The notes under the pieces are model-generated. The model searched no databases and was not told the origin of the DNA. It saw only the letters and a list, made by a program, of their open reading frames with translations. DNA of 64,000 nucleotides from Eledone cirrhosa (Eukaryota). A program made the position numbers and the translations under genes. The stretch lies in contig OZ024741.1 of the NCBI GenBank assembly GCA_964016885.1, positions 344,286,001 through 344,350,000 of the forward strand, written 5' to 3'. Below are positions 1-12,883 of the stretch, one piece after another (position 1 is the first letter of the stretch; every line of letters begins with the position of its first letter).

Positions 1-1386
1 TGATTTCCAGTTGGTTAGTTTTTTGGCCTGCCCCTTAAGAGTTTCAACTGTGATACTCAAATCAGTTTGTTGGTGTGCCTGTTCACTGATCTCCTTCTGT
101 ACTGTCTCAATCCACACTGCCTGGTCATTATGTTTAACATCCTGCTCCCATATTCCTCTCCAGAATGTTTTAGTTTGTTCCGCCTCAGGGATCAAGTCGT
201 TGCCTCTTTCTTTCCCTTCAAGCTGTCCAAACAGCATCTTCTGGTTGTTGTCGAACATGCGGTTCTGTCTATACTGGCTGACTCTGTTCTCGTATCGCCT
301 GATTTTTGCACTCTTTGCTACAATGCGTTGCTTCAGTTCCTCTGTGATTATATTTAGCTTTTTCCTCCTAGTTTTGTACTTTATTTCCAGTCTATTTTTA
401 GTGTCCATGTTTTTTAGTGTCCCATTCAGTAGGGACTCAAGCTTTCCAATGTCATTTCTCATTTCCCTGATTTGACCACTCAGTCGTTTCTTCCACCAAG
501 TCTCTGCTCTTTCTTGTCTGTTGTTTCCTCTCGCTTTTATACCAAGTAGTTTCCTCACCGTATTTGCTGTTGCTTTGAGGATATTGTTGCACTGGTGAAG
601 GCTCCTCGCCTCAAGGTATGGGATGACTTTGTTTACCTTAGCTGTTGTTTCTTTTAACTTTTTCCTGTCTACAAATCTTAGGTTCATAGGTCTCCCACTA
701 TCATTGTTCAATTCATCTACCACTAAGTTTAGGATATCTACCAAATCTTGTCCTAGCCCGTCAGCATTCATCTCCTCAGTGGCCGTATCTCTGTTCCAGG
801 TATTATTTATCACAGCATTCAGATCATTGTCTGTTTCGGGTGGTTCCTCCGTTCTCTCGACCTCTTCACCTTCATTTCCCACTGGCTCGTTTGCCTGGCA
901 TACTCCACCCACATCTCCAAGCTAATCTCTCTGCCCAGTTCCTCCAGTTCCAGCTCGCTTATCCACCCATTAGTTCTTATTACCCGAGCCTGCCCGGCCA
1001 GTTTTTGTTCATCTAATTTAAATGGACCAATCTCGTTCCAGATGTTATACATCCTTTTCCTATAGCCTTTCTCCTTGGGGTTACTCTTCAGGTAACATTG
1101 CATAACAATTCTATTCAATTCTTTCGTCCAGTTGGTTCTGGTCCCTTTCCTTCTTCTTCTTCCTCCGACACCAGCAGTATTTGGTTGACAGCCAGGTCTC
1201 TGCTGCTGAGCCAGGGAGCACCTGTTGGGTGAGAGTCTGTCACATGACATTCTAGTCTCCATTTCACCATTATTCGAACTGTTTAGGTTCGACATTTAAA
1301 CACTCTTATCGAGGATTGGCGAATGTATGGTTACATAACCACCGGTGAATTACTTGTCTTCGGTGGTTTTGTCACTCCACGTGACT

Positions 1387-1390
<4 letters not shown>
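1..1390 (-). mobile_element. 5' part of an R4/Dong-like RLE non-LTR retrotransposon (frameshifted, runs off the window)
   Basis: ORF 819-1295 has WTKELNRIVMQCYLKSNP-GYRKRMYNIW-EQKLAGQARVIRTNGW, typical of R4/Dong N-termini; its 5' end abuts (TAA)n. Confidence 0.7.
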
Positions 1391-1417
<27 letters not shown>

Positions 1418-1418
1418 A

Positions 1419-1462
<44 letters not shown>
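1391..1462. repeat. (TTA/TAA)n microsatellite between two Dong-like pieces
   Basis: Direct reading. Confidence 0.95.
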
Positions 1463-1463
<1 letters not shown>

Positions 1464-2041
1464 AGTTGCATTTATCTTGCTTTATGTTCATACGAGTTAT
1501 CACCAAGTCACAACCAGTGACCTCAAGAGACAACAAGGTCCGCCATGTTCAAGAAAGAACATACATACTCACACATGCATCTTTAGTGTTTAGACTTGTG
1601 ATGTACTTATATTGACAGAATCTTCCTTAGTATATGGGCAGTTCCCATTAGTACTATCTTTTGTATTTCTCCTATACGCGGGTTTCCTGGGATTTGCGAT
1701 AAGTAATCATTAGACCCCTTAGGTATCATTCCCAGAGCGCCTACAACCACTGGTATTGTTTTAGTTCTCAATTTCCACATTTTTCCAATTTCTATCTCCA
1801 GGTCCTTATACTTGCTCAATTTTTCAAATGTTTTTATAGATACATTCTTGTCTATTGGAACGGACATATCAATTAGCAGGCATACCCTCTTTTGAAAGTC
1901 CTTCAATATTATATCAGGTCTATTTGAATCTATTTTTCGGTCTGTTTGGATGCTAAAGTTCCACAAGATTGAGATGTGATCTTTTTTCAAGTATGGGAGG
2001 TGGTTGATGCTCCCACCAATTCTTTTGATGGGGCGGGTCAA
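1463..2041 (-). mobile_element. 3' end of an R4/Dong-like LINE (RLE endonuclease C-terminus plus 3' UTR)
   Basis: ORF 1607-2041: ILWNFSIQTDR..NRPDI..IDMSVP..EKLSKYKDL..PVVVGALG..GTAHILRK (PD-D/ExK RLE). Confidence 0.85.
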
Positions 2042-2554
2042 AATGCTTACACATTATCCATTATTATTATTCTCTATCCAGTAACGTTACTCTAAATACC
2101 CTTCGGATGAACTCCATTTATTTTGCCTTACTTAAAATTATAAATAAATATGTTATTAGCGTTAATGAAAAATACTCTAAAACGGTCAAGGAAAAGAAAT
2201 TCCAAAATTTCAGTTAACAAAAAATTAAATTGAAATATGCAGTCGAGAGTGGTTTTGATCCTTGGCAATTGTAATAAGACCACTGAGCAGTTGATAGTCC
2301 ACCACAGATTTCAGCAGATCATAGTCCACTCACAGCTTCTAAAAGTTTAGAACGACTAACAGATAATGTATTTTTGTGTGAAAATAATTCACTGATTAAG
2401 CAAATTCAGATAATGAGATTGGAGAATTATTACTTTCAGTCCCTTTTGAGATTAATTTTCATTAGCGCTAATGACTTTTCTCTCTCATTACGATCGTATT
2501 TTCAATTAATTAAAAATTACTTTCGGCTCACCGCATTAAGTTAGGTAGCCTGCA

Positions 2555-2700
<146 letters not shown>

Positions 2701-3289
2701 GACATAGACAGATACACACACACGCATATATATATATATATATGTGTCTGTGTGTGTATGTATGTATGTATCATTGTTAAAACAATGTGTATAGATGTGG
2801 ATGTGTACGGGTGTGAGTGTATGTCCACTTTCTTCTGAAATCTTACAGATTGTAATACTTGAAGCAACTCTATTATCTCATCGTGCTCTTTCTTTTCTTT
2901 GTAGCTCTCACCTACTTCTCCACTCTCACTACCGTGCGCTACTCCTGTGCTTTTACGTCTCTATCTTTGTCACTTCCTCCTTCCCTCCTTCAGTGTCTAC
3001 ATATATTGCTCTATCAGTGTTACTCTAATCCAGTCATGGCTCACCTAAGTCACCTAAGTGAAATCTCTCTGAATTTTTTACCCATCTTTTCAGTCGTAAT
3101 TTATCTTTCTATCATGTTTACTATCGAGGAAAACAACGTGTACGAATTCTGAAGAAACAACCTGAGTTGCGACTGTTTTTGTTTTTAATGTGAGCTCAAA
3201 TGTAAATTACCGCTTGCGGCCCGCAAAAAAGGTTGCTCATGTCTGCTCTAATCATTTTTACTTCTTTTCCTCTGACTTTCTCATATTAT

Positions 3290-3453
3290 ATTGGCAGTAT
3301 CGGTAGAGAGTCGGACGTCATGCTTTCCAGCGTAGTTACGTCCCTTTACGATCTGAGTTCAAATCCCGCCGAGGTTGACGGGGTCGATAAAATAAAGTAC
3401 CAGTAATGTACTGGGTAATTGCTGACCTTGTGCCAAACGTAGAAACAATTATT
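3290..3453 (+). mobile_element. tRNA-derived SINE family 1 (internally deleted)
   Basis: A-box-like TGGCAGTATCGG, B box GAGTTCAAATCCC, GGGGTCGATAAAATAAAGTACCAG core, AATTATT tail. Confidence 0.85.
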
Positions 3454-4219
3454 ACAAACTCTTATTCCTCTCACCTACATCTCTATTTCTATATCTTGAA
3501 CTCTCTGTTTCCTATTTTTTCAGTTTCTCTTATCTCACGCTCTCGTTTTTTTCTTTATATTTATATTTATATTTTCACTCAAAATCCTAAACTCAAACTC
3601 ACATTTGTAAAACCATTCGCGTCTTTTTTTTACTTGAAATTGTATTTCTATTCAAAATCTCCTTCATGTAACTACTCTTTGGCTTACAAGTATGTTTTTT
3701 TATTACTAATGTGTAACCAATAACTCATAAAAAGAAAAAAATACGTTTGTTTGTCATTTCCATAATTTGACCTCAAAATATTAATTCTTGCAAAAAACTT
3801 CCTAAAATCTTGTTGATACATCCGTTTTCAGGAGTTGGTGGGTAGTACCATGATATACGCTAGCAGAAAGAAATGACAGTTACACAACTGACACAATATA
3901 TACACTATAGCATAGGTCACAAACACGCGACCCGTGACAGAGCAAAGGAAAATTGAAACGGAAAAAATATGTCCCCTTGAATCTTATACTAATTCACATA
4001 ACCCACTTACTATCACATTCATTTTTATTAAAAAAATAAAATAGCAGCGTATCAGCTGTATTGCAGATTAAAATTATAAATGGTAGAAATCCCGACCCGC
4101 TCATCTCAATTTTAGCCCGCTGCGCTTCTTCCTCAAGTAGAGTTTGAGTCTTTGATTTGAAAACTCCTGCTCAACAGAGTTAGCATCCTATAAATTAACA
4201 CATAAATACACTTAAATAA

Positions 4220-4525
4220 CACTAGTCAACACACTTTTTGCTGACTTAGGTTTTGTTGTTTTTAGTTAATTTTGAGGTGCTGATTTCAAATATGGCATCC
4301 AATTCCTCCTAACATATCAGGTTTTCATGTTTGCCTTTCACTCGCCTATCCCATAAACACAGGAAACACCGATTATTTTCATACCCCCTTGTTGGCGAAG
4401 TGAAAATTTGACGTGATAGAAAAAAAAGTATTGTCCTTTTTAAACTCAGCGGCCCAAAATTACTCAAGAACAGGTCTCAAACTTAGATCAGCAGAAAAAA
4501 AAACACACAATATTGTTGACCAGTG
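4220..4525. mobile_element. Probable MITE (non-autonomous DNA transposon)
   Basis: Terminal inverted repeats CACTAGTCAACA / TGTTGACCAGTG plus subterminal TGCTGA/TCAGCA. Confidence 0.5.
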
Positions 4526-4849
4526 TAATCAATATCTACGATAACTCTGCTGCAGCAATAACAAACCACACTCTAGAAAACTGCATATCATCCTTTCCAC
4601 TCAAATCACATATTAGGAATCTGAAACTGAGGTATATAACATTGATTACATAGCACATATGAAAGATACTCACCACACAACAATATAGTACTACTCGCAT
4701 TACAAATACTCAACACAACAGAACAAACACTAAAGTAATACCACGAAAAAGCTAAACCCCAGAACAAAACTGATGCAGAGCACGAACACCACTCATGTTC
4801 AACTTGTGAAGCAGTAGTAACTTCTATGCAACTGTCGACTCTATGTTAA

Positions 4850-5029
4850 TAATAATAATGTTTCTACTTTTGGCACAAGGCCAGCAATTACCCAGTGCAT
4901 TACTGGTACTTTATTTTATCGACCCCGTAAGGATGAAAGGCAAAGTTAACTTCGGCGGGATTTGAACTCAGAATGGCAAGGGCCGTAATTCTAGGCGTCG
5001 TCCGACCCTCTACCGATACTACTAATCCA
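4850..5029 (-). mobile_element. SINE family 1
   Basis: Reverse complement of the family 1 sequence. Confidence 0.85.
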
Positions 5030-5132
5030 ATGATTTCCAGTATAGTATAGTAAAGGACCGTAACTCTATGTCGCAAAGTATGGTGTCTGACTCTCTACCG
5101 ATACTGCCAATCCACTGCCCTTGTCGACTCTA

Positions 5133-5352
5133 TAATAATAATAGTTTCTACTTTAGGCACAAGGCCAACAATGTGTAGGGGAGGGGAAAGTTGATTAAAT
5201 CGACCCTGGTACTTACTGGCGCTTTAGTTTAACGACCCCGTAAGGATGAAAGACAAAGCTAACCTAGGCGTGATTTGAACTCAAAATATAAAGGGCCGTA
5301 ACTCTATGTCTCTAAGCATGGTGTCCGACACTGTACTGATACTGCCAATCCA
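5133..5352 (-). mobile_element. SINE family 1 (long variant; an extra head fragment lies at 5051-5121)
   Basis: Same motifs plus a GTCGATTTAATCGAC-type insert. Confidence 0.85.
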
Positions 5353-5360
5353 AACGATAA

Positions 5361-5650
5361 TCTAAACTATAATAAAGGAAGGTCTGCGGCATTGCATACG
5401 GTTTTTTCTTTGTTATCCCGTTTGTAAAATAAGTTGGATTATTTTGAATAAATAATAAATGAATATTACATAATTTATCTACTAAATTTCGTGGTTGTTC
5501 ATTAAATATATTTTGTTTATTTAAAGATTCACTTCTTTAAAATTTCTGAAATGTCAACACTTCCGGTGGTGATCACTTAAATAAACATACTAATTTTCCG
5601 TCACTACACAGGCTAGCATAAAACCACCTGAGAGGTGGTTTTTCTGCTAG
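5361..5650 (+). mobile_element. Non-autonomous Helitron
   Basis: A|TC start, 3' hairpin AAAACCACCT-GAG-AGGTGGTTTT, CTAG|T end. Confidence 0.7.
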
Positions 5651-5869
5651 TAATGATAATGATTTCTACTATAGGTACAAGGCCAACAATTTGGTGAGAG
5701 GGGAAAGTCGATTAAGTCGACCCCAGAGCGTTACTGGTACTTTATTTATCGACCCGGTAAAGATGAAAGGCAACGCTATCCTCGGCGGTATTTGAACTCA
5801 GAACATAAAGGGCCGTAACTCTATGCTGCAAAGCATGGTGTCCGACACACTACCGATACTGCCAATCCA
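5651..5869 (-). mobile_element. SINE family 1 (long variant)
   Basis: Family 1 motifs. Confidence 0.85.
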
Positions 5870-6008
5870 AATGTATATATATGCACAGCACAAGTAGAAA
5901 GTAACAATATACGCGCGCACACGCACACGCACACAGACACACGCGCGTGCACACACACACACACACACATACATTTAATTGAAGGGAGATTGTCAATCAA
6001 TAATATAA

Positions 6009-6200
6009 AGGCGGTGAATTGGCAGTATCGGTAGAGGGTCGGACGCCATGCTTTCCAGCATAGTTACGTCCCTTTACGATTTGAGTTCAAATCCCGCCGA
6101 GGTTGACTTTGCCTTTCATCCTTACGGGGTCGATAAAATAAAGTACCAGTAATGAACTGAGTAATTGCTGGCCTTGTGCCTAAAGTAGAAACAAATAATA
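6009..6200 (+). mobile_element. SINE family 1 (full length)
   Basis: GGCGGTGAATTGGCAG head, B box, GCCTTTCATCCTTACGGGGTCGATAAA core. Confidence 0.9.
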
Positions 6201-6544
6201 TATTGAAACTCAATGTTTTTATGTACTTATAGACAGAAATATAGAAGAGGTGTTATTTAAAGAGCAGAAGAAAAGGTGACATATATAACACAGAGTATAT
6301 ACAACTGATTTAGATGAAAGATAAATGTTGTTAAAACATTTAATACTTTACAGTTGTTTCAATGCATCACTCAAGAGAAATACAAAGCAAGGGCATCATA
6401 AACAATAAAATGAAGGAAACATATGTCTAAAAATAAATATATATATACCTATGTGTGTGTGCGTGTGTGTGTGTGCGTCTGTGTATGGGTGTGTGTGTGC
6501 ATTATGGATGTATACATACACACACAAACACACACACCCACACA

Positions 6545-6585
<41 letters not shown>

Positions 6586-6741
6586 ACATATGTATATATA
6601 TATATACACAGAAATAACCACGGTCAGTTGTGGGGTCTAGTCTGCATGAAGAACTCAATGTAATCCATATGTTGATAATGTTGTAGGTTAAAATAAATCC
6701 CGGAAAACAATAAAACATCAAAAGGAAAACAGAGTCATGAT

Positions 6742-7770
6742 ATAAGTTAAAACAATGAAATAAAATTCAAGTCATTAGAAATATACTTCACTGCTTTACG
6801 ATCGTTTCTAGGTGATAATAATACACCGTACGCGTATTTCGTTATCGATCTATGTAGGGTTAGTTACAAAATATCAAATAATGAATATATTTACCTACAT
6901 GTATATCATCAGCCGTTGTCAAAAACAATGAAAATTTTATTGAAAATCAATAGTAAATTGAGTTCTATGACCTTATTTGGAGGTAGCTGAAGAACAAACC
7001 AATGAAATGTTTTTTTGCCATATGATGTTAAGATGAAATATAACTCACTTTAGTTGAGGTCATGACCCTTTGAAAGGAATGGTTGAATAGTGTTAAAAAT
7101 AGAATTACTATAAATAACCTATGAATAAAAAGGAATTGTTATATTGATAGTGGAATGTAGATGGTGGAGTGAAGTTTAAAAAGGAATGTAAAAATTAAAT
7201 GTTGAGTTGTGTTGTATGGAATTTTTAGGTGAATATAAATAAGTAAATACAAAATATACAGAAATAACTAGGATAAATATAGATAGGTAAAGTAATGGTC
7301 ATAACTAGGAATGATAGTATATTAAAAGATGAAAATTATAATAAGATAATAAAATATAATAATATAATAATATAATATAATGTAATATAATATAGTACAG
7401 TATGGTACATTGTATATAGTATAATATAGCGTATGATGCATCATAAAATATAAAATAGTAAATATTTTCAAGTGAGTCTATGTATAAGTAATCAAACTCA
7501 GATAAATGCATGTTGACATATAGTCAAAATGCATAATTTTCTTATAATTTTCTTAGATCACAAAAGTAAATAAAATTTTCATTGCTTTTGACAACGGCTG
7601 ATGATATACATGTAGGTAAATATATTCATTATTTGATATTTTGAAACTAACCCTACATAGATCGATAACGAAATATGCGTACGATGTATTATTATCACCT
7701 AGAAACGATCGTAAAGCAGTGAAGTATATTTCTAATGACTTGAATTTTAATTTCATTGTGTTAACTTATA
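6742..7770. mobile_element. Inverted-repeat element (about 200 bp arms, AT-rich spacer) with an HHR in each arm
   Basis: 6742-6940 is the reverse complement of 7571-7770. Confidence 0.85.
7581..7720 (+). ncRNA. Type I hammerhead ribozyme, U3-A8 core, long stem II (mirror copy 6790-6929 on -)
   Basis: ATTGCTT-TTGACAA-[about 106 nt helix II]-GAAA-CGATCG-TA-AAGCAGT; 7 bp stem I, palindromic stem III. Confidence 0.75.
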
Positions 7771-7774
7771 TATA

Positions 7775-7932
7775 TATAGAAATGGCTTCTACAGGACTAC
7801 AACTATTTCATTCGGGAGAAATTATCAGGGCTTCCTGATGATTTCTCTCGAAATATTCATTTATTAAATATTTATTCTCTGCTATATATTGAGTACTTTA
7901 CTTACTGTGGTTACCCCCGATTGCACCAGTGA
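7775..7932. mobile_element. HHR mini-element family A (degenerate palindrome)
   Basis: Homologous to 17790-17986, 45464-45655 and 46778-46980. Confidence 0.75.
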
Positions 7933-8448
7933 TAAACTATATATATACCTTGATTAAATCTTAACCATTTAACATCTCAGGGTATGTCATGTAACATTAT
8001 ATTTTATGTGAAAAGCAGTTTCTATGAAATTCACATTGTAGCCACCATAAACTTCATAGAAACTGCTTTTCATACCCAGGCATCTCTGTCTGCTTAATAT
8101 GCTTTTATACCTGTATTGTATTGTGATACCTTTGCCATACTGTGATATATATGCTTAGTACCATTGCTTGTTTCTTACCTGGTTATTCTGTACATGCCTA
8201 ATACCTCTGCACTCTTTCTATACGTTTGCATATGTACCGTTAATGTCCTCATTTTGCGAGTAACTTTCTTCTTTACTTCCTCTATAATTGTTGTATTATT
8301 CTTTCATAATCTTTGTCGCACCCACTGATACTGACTACATCATCTTCACTCTTTAAATATGACACTGTTAATGACAACACTAACATCTACGTATCTTTTC
8401 AATTGTTCTGTGGAATAGGAGGTTAATTATATGTCTAAACTTTGCTAG

Positions 8449-8495
8449 TGCTCCGATGATATCAAACGAAAGTTTGGAAGAAACGAATGTCAGCA
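8449..8495 (+). ncRNA. Hammerhead-like motif with CCGATGA core
   Basis: TGCT-CCGATGA-(TCAAAC GAAA GTTTGG)-GAAAC-GAAT-GTC-AGCA. Confidence 0.6.
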
Positions 8496-8529
8496 ATAAA
8501 ATGTTTTGAACATAATTTTGATTATTCTG

Positions 8530-8593
<64 letters not shown>

Positions 8594-8649
8594 GTGAGGT
8601 TTTTTTTTACAAAATGAAAAATAACCGAGGTGTCCTACACGAGTGGAAG

Positions 8650-8965
8650 TATAAAGAAAAAGGGATGAAATCGAAAATGCAACTGAAGTCTTATTTTTTA
8701 TTTTTTATTTTTTAAATATATATATTTATTTGGTTCCTTTACCGGTTTCGCAGTTCTTCTGCTTTTCAAAAGGTGAGTTGAGATGGAGGGTCTGTGGTTT
8801 TTCTCACATGTGAGAAAAACCACAGACCCTCCATCTCAACTCACCTTTTGAAAAGCAGAAGAACTGCGAAACCGGTAAAGGAACCAAATAAATATATATA
8901 TTTAAAAAATAAAAAAAAAAAAAAAAAATAAGACTTCAGTTGCATTTTCGATTTCATCCCTTTTT

Positions 8966-8972
<7 letters not shown>
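8650..8972. mobile_element. Near-perfect 320 bp palindrome, HHR family B
   Basis: Centre at 8808/8809 (CACATGTG); followed by (TA)n. Confidence 0.9.
8844..8881 (+). ncRNA. Minimal hammerhead, U3-A8 core (mirror 8736-8773 on -)
   Basis: CCTT-TTGAAAA-GCAG aagaa CTGC-GAAA-CCGG-TA-AAGG. Confidence 0.75.
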
Positions 8973-9029
<57 letters not shown>

Positions 9030-9031
<2 letters not shown>

Positions 9032-9616
9032 TGTTTTGCAATACACTGTATGCTTAATTAAAACCATTTCGAAGACCTTATGCTATTGTTTTAGAGTATT
9101 GACAGTCTCACTTACTTTAAATTTTCAGCAAACAGGGGTAGATAAAGCTGACAGAGCTATGTTTCGTACTGATTGGTACTTATCAAGGCCAAGTACCCTA
9201 CCTGTTTGTTGAAAATCATGAATGTTTGATTCTTATAGAATTTCTAGTAATAATCAGGAACTGATTATACAGAGCGGTTGCCGGTCAAACAGAAATTGAA
9301 AATTAGAATTGGCGCTCTGAAATAGCTATATATATATGAATGTATATATAGTGTATTTTGCATATATATATATAGCTATTTCAGAGCGCAATTCAAATTT
9401 TCAATTTCTGCTTGACCGGCAACCGCTCTGTATAATCAGTTCCTGATTATTACTAGAAATTCTATAAGAATCAAACATTCATGACTTTCAGCAAACATGT
9501 GGGGTACTTGGCTTTGATAAGTACCAATCAGTAGGAAACATAGCTCTGTCAGCTTTATTTCCCCCTGTTTGCTGAAAATTTAAAGTAATTGAGACTGTCA
9601 CTACTCTAAAACAATA

Positions 9617-9620
<4 letters not shown>
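9030..9620. mobile_element. Inverted-repeat element, HHR family C (arms about 9081-9338 / 9361-9618)
   Basis: Arms are reverse complements; HHRs at 9146-9190 (-) and 9510-9554 (+) with TTGATAA core; homologous to 47115-47610. Confidence 0.85.
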
Positions 9621-9659
<39 letters not shown>

Positions 9660-9660
<1 letters not shown>

Positions 9661-10699
9661 CATTGATTATACTATTTATGGTTATGCAAATACAAAAACC
9701 TTTTGTAGTTATATATATTTTTATAAACCCTAAATAGTGGTAGGCAGTAATATGCTACTACCTTATTACCAGTAAGTTAAATAGCTCAATGTAATAACAT
9801 CAGATGATTTACAGAGCAGTTATATGAATTATAAGAATCAAAGAACTGTTCAAAACATTTTTATGCTTACAACTGTTTCCTCCAAACCGAGGTTTGGATT
9901 CTTCGGAGCAATTTATTATTGAATGAACACTTATATGACCTCCTTTTCACCCAAGAGACATACAGATGCATATGCAAATATTGTGGGTCAACATTCATTA
10001 CAGCATTTAGTGTGGCAGTACACATTTAGAGATTACATTCATATTAAAAGATACAATCAAAAATACAGGTTAAAATACAACATGAAATTAAGCGGTTATA
10101 GAGTGCAATGGTTATATGTGTGGCAAGCACGTGCGTCTTGTTTATGCACTGCGACATTTTCATAGTCTGGGGAGCGTACTTTTCAGATTATATGGATTGT
10201 CAAACGCCCAATATCGAATCGTCGTGGATTATGTGAGGGGCATATAATCTGAAGAGTACGCTCCCCAGACTATGAAAATGTCGCAGTGCATGAAATCCAT
10301 ATTAACGCTTCGCTACGCATTTCCAATATTTTTAATGCTTACATTATTTTTAATACTTATATTATTTCTCCACACACAGGCTATAACAATCATATAAAGA
10401 ATTCATTACCAGATCAATCCTCTTAACACTCTTGATTACCTGCTTAAGTGCTTCTATTACACGTAACTCTCTGCCACACTATATAAACAAGACGCACGTG
10501 CTTGCTACACATATAACCATTGCACTCTATAACCGCTTAATTTCATGTTGTATTTTAACCTACAGGTTTTTGATTGTATCTTTTAATATGAATGTAATCT
10601 CTAAATGTGTACTGCCACACTAAATGCTGTAATGAATGTTGACGCACAATATTTGCATATGTATCTGTATGTCTCTTGGGTGAAAAGGAGGTCATATAA
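9660..10699 (-). mobile_element. HHR family D element with nested inverted repeats
   Basis: Homologous to about 48300-48900; IR arms 9931-10145/10483-10699 and 10144-10193/10241-10291. Confidence 0.75.
9864..9910 (-). ncRNA. Hammerhead with CCGAAGA core
   Basis: TGCT-CCGAAGA-aTCCAAAC ctcg GTTTGGAg-GAAA-CAGTTG-TA-AGCA. Confidence 0.7.
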
Positions 10700-10745
10700 T
10701 TTTTAATGAAATTTCATTGGTGGACGAACCCTCATTCATGACGCT

Positions 10746-10975
10746 ATAATGGTTTCTTATATAGGCTCAAGGTGAGCATTTTTTTTTTTGGGGGGGGGGG
10801 GGCAGTCGAATAGATCGACCCCAGAGCGTGACGGATACTTTATTTTATCAACCCCGTAAGGATGAAAGGCAAAGTTAACCTTGACGGGATTTGAACTCAG
10901 ATAATAAAGGGTCGTAACTCTATGCTACAAAGCATGGTGTCCGACCCTCTACCGATACTGCCAATCCACCACCCT
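10746..10975 (-). mobile_element. SINE family 1 (long variant)
   Basis: Family 1 motifs; flanked by TCATGACGCTATAATG direct repeat (probable TSD). Confidence 0.85.
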
Positions 10976-11160
10976 AATCATGACGCTATAATGAACGCTA
11001 TCGAATATTTTAAAAGTTGTAACCGAAATTAGTACACTGTCTAAATATTAAATTAGTATATGAATGGAGGTAACTACTACGAACATTTTATATAGTAATT
11101 CCATGTGTATGAAATATGTATTTATCGATTCAAAAAGTGTAATACAGAGAGAATTAATAT

Positions 11161-11355
11161 TAATAATTGTTTCTACTTTTGGCACAAGGCCAGCAATTAC
11201 CCAGTACATTACTGGTACTTTATTTTATCGACCCCGTAAGGATGAAAGGCAAAGTTAACCTCGGCGGGAGTTGAAATCAGAATTGCAAGGGCCGTAACTC
11301 TATGCGTCAAAGCATGGCGTCCGACCCTCTACCGATACTGCCAATTCACCGCCCT
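11161..11355 (-). mobile_element. SINE family 1
   Basis: Family 1 motifs; flanked by AGAATTAATATTAATAATA-like direct repeat. Confidence 0.9.
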
Positions 11356-11502
11356 AGAATTAATATTAATAATAATTATGCAAGCTATACGCTTATGAAC
11401 CGATGAAAATTAGAAAACTCCTACACATATATGTATTAAAATAGATACAAACATACACACACACATACACACACACACACACACATATATATATAAATAT
11501 AT

Positions 11503-11535
<33 letters not shown>

Positions 11536-11542
11536 AATATAT

Positions 11543-11630
<88 letters not shown>

Positions 11631-11632
<2 letters not shown>

Positions 11633-11999
11633 AGAAGAAGTTTATGAAATGGAAATGCGGGTATAAAGAATTTATTAGGTAACAATTGTTTCTATAGTGT
11701 ATGGGTTACCTATACCTCGCTATTTGAATAATATAAAAATATTATCATAAACCGAAGGTACACTGTAAGCAAACACACCATGTCGTCAGACCTTTGTATT
11801 GGAATGATATGAAAATATTTTATATCATTCCAATACAAAGGTCTGACGACATGGTGTGTTTGCTTACAGTGTACCTTCGGTTTATGATAATATTTTTATA
11901 TTATTCAAATAGCGAGGTATAGGTAACCCATACACTATAGAAACAATTGTTACCTAATAAATTCTTTATACCCGCATTTCCATTTCATAAACTTCTTCT

Positions 12000-12001
<2 letters not shown>
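11631..12001. mobile_element. Near-perfect 370 bp palindrome inside (TA)n with paired HHRs
   Basis: Centre near 11816; both ends abut (TA)n. Confidence 0.9.
11839..11955 (+). ncRNA. Hammerhead with extended stem II (mirror about 11677-11793 on -)
   Basis: AGGT-CTGACGA-cATGGTGTG...TACACTATa-GAAA-CAATTG-TT-ACCT. Confidence 0.75.
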
Positions 12002-12062
<61 letters not shown>

Positions 12063-12254
12063 ATAATAAGTATTGATTGTTTAAGGTAATTCAGCTATAG
12101 GTCGTGAGTACTCTGTGTTGACGGTAGTTTTAACTAGAGGTTTTAGATTCACCTGATTAATGAAACAATTGTTAATACTGTAAATAGGCCCTTATTGTAC
12201 AGCCGACCATGTTATTCTTCATTCCTTTACTATATATATATATATATATATACA

Positions 12255-12751
12255 TTTAGGTTTGTTGGTTCACCACTGGATAGAACTAGTCATTCCGTAT
12301 AGTCAACCTTAATGTAATATTAGGGAGAGCACTCGACGTAATGCAACTCACCCGTCTTCGTTTGTGTTGTTGGTGGTGCGTGTACGGAGTTAATTATTAT
12401 AAAATAACAGAAGGTGTAATTCCTTAAAGGTTTATTGTAATATGAACATTTCAATGACCTGGTTCAGTATGAATCCGGTGACATCATCAGGTATTCGAAA
12501 TTTAACAGAGGAATATAATTGACAAAATCCAAGGGACTGAAAAGGCAGTGAGATGCCCAACACGAGATTTTTTGTCCGCCTTCTCGTCTTGGGCATCTCT
12601 CTGCCTTTTTAGCCCCTTGGATTTTGTCTATTATATTCCTTTGTTAAATTTCGGAATACCTGATGATGTCACCGGATTCATACTGAACCCGGTCATTGAA
12701 ATGTTCATAGTATAATAAACCTTTAAGGAATTACACCAGTCCAGCCTCCGT

Positions 12752-12760
<9 letters not shown>
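12255..12760. mobile_element. Inverted-repeat element with paired HHRs (arms about 12398-12567 / 12581-12760)
   Basis: + HHR 12656-12713 ATAC-CTGATGA-(ACCGG..CCGGT)-GAAA-TGTTCA-TA-GTAT; 12255-12330 recurs at 52490-52567. Confidence 0.75.
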
Positions 12761-12784
<24 letters not shown>

Positions 12785-12787
<3 letters not shown>

Positions 12788-12802
12788 GTATATTTATAAA
12801 AT

Positions 12803-12883
<81 letters not shown>

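Noticed and set aside
11-925. Plus-strand ORFs over the LINE, and similar antisense ORFs over the RTE and Helitron
   Set aside because: Shadow frames of transposon coding sequence on the other strand.
2238-2263. tRNA T-arm-like string on the minus strand
   Set aside because: Too short and no cloverleaf. SINE heads elsewhere are likewise not tRNA genes.
3910-4172. Possible hAT-type MITE remnant
   Set aside because: Termini too degenerate to define TIRs or a TSD.
10241-10291. CTGAAGA...GAAAATGTC inside an inner inverted repeat
   Set aside because: No convincing stem I or stem II.
12060-12180. GAAACAATTGTT HHR-like 3' half
   Set aside because: No correctly placed 5' core; at most a decayed relic.
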